Below are positions 8,690 through 15,809 of a stretch of 45,542 nucleotides of DNA, one piece after another. The notes below the pieces were generated by a model. It worked only from the letters and a program-made list of their open reading frames with translations, had not been told where the DNA came from and made no database searches. The stretch is taken from positions 1 through 45,542 of the forward strand of contig JBMFTS010000002.1 of assembly GCA_049966915.1 (NCBI GenBank), given 5' to 3'. A program made the translations under genes and the position numbers. The stretch comes from Candidatus Micrarchaeia archaeon. GTDB taxonomy: Archaea; Micrarchaeota; Micrarchaeia; Micrarchaeales; CABMGC01. Each line of letters begins with the position of its first letter. Positions within the stretch are counted from its first letter, which is position 1.

Positions 8690-9868
8690 ATGGCAAACGT
8701 GCTATTGAGCGCTTCCGCGTGCGGTCTTTTGTCACCTAGCGTGAGCATAGGCTACGGCGGCTCGCTTGCTTCTGACTGGCTGCAGATAAACGTGATGCTG
8801 GTGCTGATAATAGTGATGATTTCCAGCCTGCTTTACGCGCTCAGCGCGCTCATGCCTACGCAAAGGCGCGAGAAGCTAAGGGGCGTAGTCCGCTACGAGA
8901 TTTTTGAAGCCATTGTAAGCGTTGTGCTGATATTCATAATAATGGCCATGTCAAGCATGTCGTGTTATATAGGCGCGGGATTGTCGACTTCGGGCACAAG
9001 CAGCGGATATTCTGGCGTTTTCCAGGGGGACGAGCTTTATGTAGGCAATTTGGTGTTTAGCAGGGGTGCTAGCCTTGCCTCGCAGCTTTACACCACTGCC
9101 ATACAATACGCCATAGCTTCGCAGATTGTATCATACGCCGCTTCGCAAATAGACGCGTTTTTTGAAGCCCTTGCCCAAGGAGCGTATGCAATACCTGCAG
9201 TAAACACGAATTCGCTCATAAATATTTATAGCACTTATTCCGGCGTATTTTCGGGATTGTTTGCAGGAATAACCCTTGCAGTATTCAGCGCTTTGTTCAT
9301 TGTGTTCTTGATGTTGCCCGTCGTGCAGGCAATATCGCTTACAGTAATACTTCCTGTGGCGATATTTACAAGGACGCTAGCGTTTACCGGACCCAAGCTC
9401 AGAGAGATTTCCAACACATTCATAGCGCTTGCACTTGGACTTTTCTTCGTGTTCCCGCTAACTATCGCATTCAACGGTTACATCGCCAACTGCATGAATT
9501 TAGGCGTTTCGAATTCGGGCTCCAGCCAGTGCAGCTGGCTCAACACGCAATATCTCACTATTACTCCGCCGCCAATAGCGGTATCATCTTTGTTTACTTC
9601 GACAACTGTATCCGGCGTTAATCTTCCGTTCGATTTCTTTAACGCGATTTCTTCGGCTGGCGCAGCACCAGGCCTGGCAGGCATGTTTTCGCTCATCTTT
9701 GCTGCTCCGACAGTCACACTTAGCTATGCAAATGTGGTGGCAGAGTATGCATTCACCGGGATCGTGCTAATAGCGATAGATTTGCTCATAACCGTCGGTT
9801 TTGTTGCAGGCATAGCAAAAGGGCTTAATGTGATGTCCGGGATAGTCGGAGGAGGTTCGTTCTGGTGA
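8690..9868 (+). CDS. Paralog C (divergent member) of the membrane protein family
   Basis: GGTGAT Shine-Dalgarno-like sequence 4 nt upstream. The aligned motif is FTGPKLREISN (9383-9415), which keeps P4 and R7 but has SN in place of GG. It is followed by TFIALALGLFFVFP with Pro at the same offset. Tail AKGLNVMSGIVGGGSFW. Confidence 0.75.
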   Translation: MANVLLSASACGLLSPSVSIGYGGSLASDWLQINVMLVLIIVMISSLLYALSALMPTQRREKLRGVVRYEIFEAIVSVVLIFIIMAMSSMSCYIGAGLSTSGTSSGYSGVFQGDELYVGNLVFSRGASLASQLYTTAIQYAIASQIVSYAASQIDAFFEALAQGAYAIPAVNTNSLINIYSTYSGVFSGLFAGITLAVFSALFIVFLMLPVVQAISLTVILPVAIFTRTLAFTGPKLREISNTFIALALGLFFVFPLTIAFNGYIANCMNLGVSNSGSSQCSWLNTQYLTITPPPIAVSSLFTSTTVSGVNLPFDFFNAISSAGAAPGLAGMFSLIFAAPTVTLSYANVVAEYAFTGIVLIAIDLLITVGFVAGIAKGLNVMSGIVGGGSFW

Positions 9869-9876
9869 TATGATGA

Positions 9877-11634
9877 ATGCACATGTTTCAAAAGCGGCCT
9901 TTGCGGCTGGTGGTTGTCGTGTTAAAGGTTAGGATTGCGGCTTTAGCTGTTTTGGCAATGCTTGTGCCTTACTCTATGGCGCAGGGCATAGAAATAGCGC
10001 CGCAATCAGCGTTTGGCAATTGGCTTCCAGTCATGTTCGCAGCGGTGCTGCTCAGCATAGTCATAACCTCTGTATACTATGTATTCGGGTACCTGCTAAA
10101 TGACAAGAGGGTAAAAGAAAGGGCAATCACCGAATTTGCACAGGCCATAGGTACTGGAATACTTGTGGTAGTGATAATAGCAGTGTTGGAGCTTGTGGGC
10201 TCTACATTGTTGTCTCCGATATCAGTGCTGTCTGCAGGCAGCGTAAACGGCATTTGCAACAGCCTGGTTAATTCAAAAGTTACATTTCTCAACTCTGCCA
10301 ATTCCGCCTCACCGGTCAATGCCATATGCAACGACATAATATTGCCGTTGGCGTCGGGTTCAAGCAAGCAGTCGCTTACTGACAAGATAGATTACGGGGT
10401 GGCAGCCACTTATGTGGTAATAGCCAATGTCACTAATCAGGCTGCAAACAATCTTGACGCGTTTTATGTATACGACGGCATGATAAGCTTTCTCCGCGAG
10501 CTCACTTCAGTTAACGGCTTCGGCAGCTTCGGCGTGTGGAGCGTAACTTTTCAATATGCTCCTTTGGCAGGCTACAACTTTCTTAGGAAAATGAGCCTCG
10601 CTGTCGGCATAGTAAGCGCGCTAGTCATCGACTCCTTTGCCGCACAGCTCCTGGTAATATTGTTGGTGCTTGTCACGTGGCCGTACGTGCTAGCCGCAGG
10701 CGTAATTTTCAGGGCCACGCCATACACGCGAAGGCTGGGCGGCCTTCTTATAGGAATTGTGCTGGCGTTGCTCGTTATTTGGCCCGTGCTATTTCTGTTT
10801 GAATACGCCTCACTGGGCACTACGCAGTCTTCCTTCCCCATAGGTTCAAACACAATACCGTACACTCCTGTCTATGAACTTATGCCAAACGGCAACGTAA
10901 TGGTTTACGGCGCCTCTTCCGGTTATGAGCAAGTCACTACGCAGAGTATCGCAGGCTGCCCACCAGGCGACTATGTTTACGAAGGAATTTGCGGAGAAGC
11001 CAGTACTGTCGGCTCGCCGCCCGACTGCAAGCTGCCAAGCCAAATTTCGCAATTCCAGATGTGCCAAAACGGCTTCGCTCCAGATAACGCGCTGTGCCAC
11101 AGCGGATCCTATGTATATGAGGGTGTTTGCGGCGATCCGAATACATCTGCCCGTACTGCGCGATGCTTCAACCAAAACCAGGCGGCACAGAGCGGTCTTC
11201 CAATGTGCCCAAGCAGCCCTATTTTGCACGACACCGGAATTGCGCTGTTCCAATTGCCTAACGCTACGGAAACCGTAAAATATTATTCGTGTTGGCCGCC
11301 TTCCGGCAACCTGCCGCAAGCTGAAGCCGAGGCCGCCGCGTTTTACCTAATACCTTTCTTTGGCCTTGGAGCGGCGGCTTATCAAACAATCGCGTCCATC
11401 GTGAGTTCGACGTCGAGCGTATCTAGCATACCGTACTACCCTCCAATCATAACCTGCAGCCCTCAAAACGCTCTCGACACAGGCTTGGCGTTTACCAATA
11501 TCTATGGCATAACAAGCATATCTGCATTCATATTGCCCCTGCTCAACGTGCTAATAATTTACGGCGCCGCAACGAGCTTGTCAAAGCTGCTCGGCGGCGA
11601 AAGCGACATACTGGGCCTTAGCAAACTGATATAG
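9877..11634 (+). CDS. Paralog D, carrying a tandemly duplicated 4-Cys module in an outside loop
   Basis: Motif RATPYTRRLGG at 10711-10743, then LLIGIVLALLVIWP. Tail SKLLGGESDILGLSKLI. A Cys-rich insertion at 10957-11292 is unique to this paralog. Signal peptide ends in SMA-QG. Met3 (9883) is an alternative start. Confidence 0.8.
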   Translation: MHMFQKRPLRLVVVVLKVRIAALAVLAMLVPYSMAQGIEIAPQSAFGNWLPVMFAAVLLSIVITSVYYVFGYLLNDKRVKERAITEFAQAIGTGILVVVIIAVLELVGSTLLSPISVLSAGSVNGICNSLVNSKVTFLNSANSASPVNAICNDIILPLASGSSKQSLTDKIDYGVAATYVVIANVTNQAANNLDAFYVYDGMISFLRELTSVNGFGSFGVWSVTFQYAPLAGYNFLRKMSLAVGIVSALVIDSFAAQLLVILLVLVTWPYVLAAGVIFRATPYTRRLGGLLIGIVLALLVIWPVLFLFEYASLGTTQSSFPIGSNTIPYTPVYELMPNGNVMVYGASSGYEQVTTQSIAGCPPGDYVYEGICGEASTVGSPPDCKLPSQISQFQMCQNGFAPDNALCHSGSYVYEGVCGDPNTSARTARCFNQNQAAQSGLPMCPSSPILHDTGIALFQLPNATETVKYYSCWPPSGNLPQAEAEAAAFYLIPFFGLGAAAYQTIASIVSSTSSVSSIPYYPPIITCSPQNALDTGLAFTNIYGITSISAFILPLLNVLIIYGAATSLSKLLGGESDILGLSKLI

Positions 11635-11641
11635 TGGTGAC

Positions 11642-12832
11642 ATGCGAGCGAGCCGTGCTTTGATGTTTTTTGTCATGTCGTTGCTGCTTTTGTCACTTTC
11701 AAAAGCAGGCATAGGCATACCTACAATATATTCGCCTGTTTCAGCCCAAGCTGCACCTACACTTGCCAATAGCTTTGACAACGCGCTTATGCCCGTATGC
11801 TCCAGCATGATTGCCCCGCTTTCTGGTTTAGGCGGCAGCTATTCTGCGCTGCTGAGCATTTCACTGGCCATAGTGTTTATGGTGCTGACAATACTGGGCG
11901 TAGTGTATGCAATAGGCAGGGCTTTCGGCATACCGGTGCTCATGGAGTTCGTCAAAAAAGAATACTTGGAAAGCATTTTCAACATAGTGCTCATAGTTAT
12001 TGCCGCAGGCGGCTTGGGGTTTGCCGACGCGTCGGTGTCATTTCTTAGCAATCTCGCACTCAGCTCATCGGCAACAGGCCAAGCAAGCGTCAGCAGCATA
12101 AGCAGCGCCAACAGCCTGTATCTTACCCTGTGCAATACATATCTTAGGAATGGCATAACTTACGGCCTAGTCGACATAGTTGTTTTGGTAGGCCCAAACA
12201 TTATAGACTCATCAATGTTGCAAAATCTTAGGGTGAGCATAGGAAACACTAGCGAAGACAATCCGCTGGGCGTTTCTGTGTCGTTTTCGCCTTTCGCTGG
12301 CATATATCCATATGTGCAAGTGCTTTCCGCAGAAAACAATGCAGTTTATGCAATGATTGCGGTATATTTGGGCATAAGTTTCTTGCTTGCAATAATATAT
12401 GGCATATTTCCGCTGCTGTTCTATGCCGGCATACTCCTGAGGTCTTTTCCATGGACGCGCGCTGCCGGAGGCGCGCTGCTTGCGCTTTTCATCTCCTTCT
12501 TCATAGTTTTTCCTAGCATACTTTTCGCATTTGCTAATGCGCCGTCAAGTTACGGCGAGTCATCAGCAAGCATATATACTGGAATTGCTGGCTTTTTTGG
12601 AACAATTGCTAGCTTTTTTGGACCAGCAGTAAGCGGCATACTTGCCGGTATAGGTGCAACATCAATAATTTCGGAAATGGAATCATTTGTCAGCGTATTC
12701 GCCTATGGCGCTTTGCAGTTGCTAGGCTTGATTGTCGCCCTGCTTGTGTCGTTCGATCTTCTGGAGAGCCTTGGCGATCTGCTCGGCGCGCCGTCGCTTC
12801 AGAGCAGGAGCCTGCTTAAAAACGTGATATGA
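11642..12832 (+). CDS. Paralog E of the membrane protein family
   Basis: GGTGA precedes the ATG. Motif RSFPWTRAAGG at 12440-12472, then ALLALFISFFIVFP. Tail GDLLGAPSLQSRSLLKNVI. N-terminus looks like a signal peptide. Confidence 0.8.
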   Translation: MRASRALMFFVMSLLLLSLSKAGIGIPTIYSPVSAQAAPTLANSFDNALMPVCSSMIAPLSGLGGSYSALLSISLAIVFMVLTILGVVYAIGRAFGIPVLMEFVKKEYLESIFNIVLIVIAAGGLGFADASVSFLSNLALSSSATGQASVSSISSANSLYLTLCNTYLRNGITYGLVDIVVLVGPNIIDSSMLQNLRVSIGNTSEDNPLGVSVSFSPFAGIYPYVQVLSAENNAVYAMIAVYLGISFLLAIIYGIFPLLFYAGILLRSFPWTRAAGGALLALFISFFIVFPSILFAFANAPSSYGESSASIYTGIAGFFGTIASFFGPAVSGILAGIGATSIISEMESFVSVFAYGALQLLGLIVALLVSFDLLESLGDLLGAPSLQSRSLLKNVI

Positions 12833-13797
12833 TGCTGCCCGTTGCCACAATGATGTTAAGCATTTACAGCGTAATGACGTCGCCGGTCTACGCATGGTTC
12901 CCTGTCGCTATAGCCGGCGCAATTGCCATTATCGCAGTATTGGCGCTGGTATACGAGCTTAGTCCATTTTTCGGAAGAACAGACCTGCGCGCGTGGGCCA
13001 AAATAAAGATGTACGAGGTATTTTTCTCGATAGTTCTCATATTCGTGTTTTTCGCTTTCATGGCCGTATTTTCCAGCATAAACTTCGGGAGCACATTGGG
13101 CCAGCTCGCTCCTAAGGATTGTGCGAGCAACTTCGACATCTATGCTCTTTCGATGTGCGACCTTAACCATTTCCAAAGCTACGTGGCGCAGTTCAACAAT
13201 CTGGTGTTCGTGGCCATGTTTTCTACTGTTCCAAGTACCGAAATAGGGGTAAAATTGCCTGATTTTTCAGCTTCAACTAGCATTTCTGGCGCGGATGCCG
13301 CATTCGGGTTCTCATTTGTGGAATTGAGCATACTTTTCGCGTTTTACATGCTTAGCGACGTTCTTCTTTTGCTGCTATCGGTCTCACTTCTGCTTTTTGC
13401 AGTGTTCATGGCGATTGGTCTTATTTCCAGGATTTTCGAGGTAACAAGGACTTTTGGCGGGGCAATGATCGCCTTCGGAATAGGCTTGGGTATGCTATTT
13501 CCGTTGCTTATCGCTTTGTCGTACGGCTTTGTCGACGTTGCCGTTTCCAAAGCAGCTAGCCTAGTTACCATTTCTGGTTTGGAGAGTGCCTTGCTAGGTA
13601 TCATTTTCGCTCCGCTTGGCGCGGCCCTTGCTATCGATGCGTTAGTAAACTTTTTTGTATTTGCCGGTTATATTATAGCAGGCATAGTGTTCCTGCCAAT
13701 TTTTACGCTTACAATAGTGGACGTCTTTATACGTGACTTTTCAAGGGCGGTCGGCGAGCAGATGAATTTTATGAGCATATTGACAAACATGATATGA
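12829..13797 (+). CDS. Paralog F of the membrane protein family
   Basis: ATGA start/stop overlap with paralog E. Motif RIFEVTRTFGG at 13429-13461, then AMIAFGIGLGMLFP. Tail SRAVGEQMNFMSILTNMI. C-x11-C pair (CASNFDIYALSMC) in the first outside loop. Confidence 0.8.
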   Translation: MMLPVATMMLSIYSVMTSPVYAWFPVAIAGAIAIIAVLALVYELSPFFGRTDLRAWAKIKMYEVFFSIVLIFVFFAFMAVFSSINFGSTLGQLAPKDCASNFDIYALSMCDLNHFQSYVAQFNNLVFVAMFSTVPSTEIGVKLPDFSASTSISGADAAFGFSFVELSILFAFYMLSDVLLLLLSVSLLLFAVFMAIGLISRIFEVTRTFGGAMIAFGIGLGMLFPLLIALSYGFVDVAVSKAASLVTISGLESALLGIIFAPLGAALAIDALVNFFVFAGYIIAGIVFLPIFTLTIVDVFIRDFSRAVGEQMNFMSILTNMI

Positions 13798-13815
13798 GGC
13801 GATGATACGGACAAG

Positions 13816-14910
13816 TTGCCTACTCTAGTTTATGCAATCGTGTTTATTTCGCTGTTATTCGGCATTTCATTAGCCAGAATCATCACAGCCCCGCCGCCAC
13901 CGCCTCGTGTCGTTGGTTCTACAGTGTCATCGTGCCCGCAGATTGCGCAGGCAGTCGCTCCATGGTATTGCAACCAGATAAATCAGGCTGCGGCAGCGAT
14001 ATGGGCCAAGTGGGAACCGATAGCTGCGGTAGCGGCATTTGCATCTTTTGTCCTTGCAGTCATAATATTCACAATAGGCATAGCAATAAGGAACAACAAG
14101 GTCAAGGAATTCGGAATAGGTGAAATGTACGAGGCGGTTGCCACTATTATCATGGTGGTGATGTTTCTGTTCATCTCCGCTACAATGTTTGGAATACTGC
14201 CTGCAATTACGACCGGAAATATAGATCCATATACTGTTGCGCTTACATACATAAGCAAAAACATAAACGAGACGCTATACCTGCAAAGAATAATGTTTAA
14301 TTCTTATATGATAGGCAGTTATTATGCATCCATATCCCTGATCGTAAGTATTGGCGATTCGTCAATACCGATTTCAATGCTGTGGAACTTGCCGGTAACT
14401 GTTTATTATTTGCTCCCGGTAGACGCAATTTCTTCAATTGTTCTGGAAGCATTGCTTCTGCTTTATACAGAATTCTACATGATACTTTTCTTCATGTATG
14501 CCAGCATACCTGTGTTTCTTATACCGGGCATAGTGCTTAGGGCGCTGTTCCCGACGCGCAGCGTTGGCGGGATGATGATTGCCATAGCAATCGGCTTTTA
14601 CTTTATCATGCCAATTCTGTTTGCCGTTGCGTTCTACTTTACTAGTTCGAGTGCGCTGGCTTCTGTATACTCCGGTGCGCAAGCAATAGCGGCTAACGGC
14701 CAGGGCAGCTCGAGCATAACAAACGCCATAAGCCCGACAAGCCCGCTTGTTCTAGCGATCAAGAACATACAAAGTGGAATGGGGGCCTATTGGATGAGCA
14801 TACTGTTTTATCCTGCGCTTATAATAGCCATAGTATACGAAAGCATAATGGTCATCGGAGAATTTATAGGCGGATTTGCGAAATCATCTGGATTGCTCAG
14901 GGCGATATAG
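13816..14910 (+). CDS. Paralog G of the membrane protein family
   Basis: TTG start with GAGG 17 nt upstream. Motif RALFPTRSVGG at 14539-14571, then MMIAIAIGFYFIMP. Tail GEFIGGFAKSSGLLRAI. An APPPPPR stretch and a C-x11-C pair (CPQIAQAVAPWYC) follow the N-terminal helix. Confidence 0.75.
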   Translation: MPTLVYAIVFISLLFGISLARIITAPPPPPRVVGSTVSSCPQIAQAVAPWYCNQINQAAAAIWAKWEPIAAVAAFASFVLAVIIFTIGIAIRNNKVKEFGIGEMYEAVATIIMVVMFLFISATMFGILPAITTGNIDPYTVALTYISKNINETLYLQRIMFNSYMIGSYYASISLIVSIGDSSIPISMLWNLPVTVYYLLPVDAISSIVLEALLLLYTEFYMILFFMYASIPVFLIPGIVLRALFPTRSVGGMMIAIAIGFYFIMPILFAVAFYFTSSSALASVYSGAQAIAANGQGSSSITNAISPTSPLVLAIKNIQSGMGAYWMSILFYPALIIAIVYESIMVIGEFIGGFAKSSGLLRAI

Positions 14911-14911
14911 C

Positions 14912-15808
14912 ATGCAAGAGTCAAGCACGTTGAAAAAGCTAGGCAAGTCGAGCATATCGGCTACCGACCTGGCGAGCCAGTTTTGGTGCGAAAAGCAGAT
15001 GGAGCTTAATTACCTCTACGGAAGAAAGTACACCGAAGAAATGCGCAAGGGCAGGCAGATGCACGCGGACTTGCAAGCAGAGGTTTTCGTGCCGTTGAAC
15101 ATAGAGCCAGTAACCTATGCCGATTTTTTGTACAAGACAGGCTACGAGGACTACATGGCGCTCAAGACGCTCGGCCAGAAAGGCGTTTGCAGGGAGCTGC
15201 GCATTTACGGCTCTGTAAGCGGCTACAGGATCGTAGGCCAGATAGACGAATTGCGCATGGAAGATGGCAAGGTCAGGATTTTGGAGTTGAAAACCGTGCA
15301 ACCAAACGGCGCGAAGCCCGCTGTAGATTCCGCGCGCGCCAAGCCGCATATAGTGCAGATAATGACATACAAAAAGCTACTTGAAGACATAAGAAGCGGC
15401 CGCTACACGCTGCGCAATTTTTCAAATTCTTACGGCATAAAAGAAAAAAAGGTTTCTGACACATTTGCAAGGGCCCTGCATGCAATAGGCGTGAAGGACG
15501 AACTTTTCGACCTGGAAAAAATCTACGGGCTGGTTTTTGACGAGATTCGCTCTTTGCCAGAGATAAGCGAGAAGCTTGAAATATATTATATCGACAGGTT
15601 TACCGGCATGCGCTCAAGCAGCATAATAATAAATTATGATGAGAAAAAAATATACGATGAGTTGGTTTTTGCCATGCAATACTGGAGCGGCAAGCGCGAG
15701 GCTTTGCCTGTGAGCAAGGACGAAGTCTGGAAGTGCAACCTTTGCAAGTTTTACGGCAAGGAATGCACAGTATGGTGGCCAAAACCTGGCAAGGAAGAGC
15801 GTGCGTAA
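14912..15808 (+). CDS. Cas4-like PD-(D/E)XK exonuclease with a 4-Cys cluster (DUF83/RecB-like), stand-alone
   Basis: N-terminal Cys (SQFWCEKQ). Catalytic GQIDEL...VRILELKT (D...ExK). QIMTYKKLL (QxxxY). C-terminal CNLCKFYGKEC. ATG 14912 lies 1 nt after the paralog G stop; the upstream start in the ORF track (14876) would overlap G. Confidence 0.8.
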   Translation: MQESSTLKKLGKSSISATDLASQFWCEKQMELNYLYGRKYTEEMRKGRQMHADLQAEVFVPLNIEPVTYADFLYKTGYEDYMALKTLGQKGVCRELRIYGSVSGYRIVGQIDELRMEDGKVRILELKTVQPNGAKPAVDSARAKPHIVQIMTYKKLLEDIRSGRYTLRNFSNSYGIKEKKVSDTFARALHAIGVKDELFDLEKIYGLVFDEIRSLPEISEKLEIYYIDRFTGMRSSSIIINYDEKKIYDELVFAMQYWSGKREALPVSKDEVWKCNLCKFYGKECTVWWPKPGKEERA

Positions 15809-15809
15809 C

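Noticed and set aside
14912-15808. A CRISPR-Cas locus, suggested by the Cas4-like gene.
   Set aside because: I found no regularly spaced direct repeats and no cas1, cas2 or effector genes anywhere in the window. The nuclease is treated as a solo Cas4-family protein.
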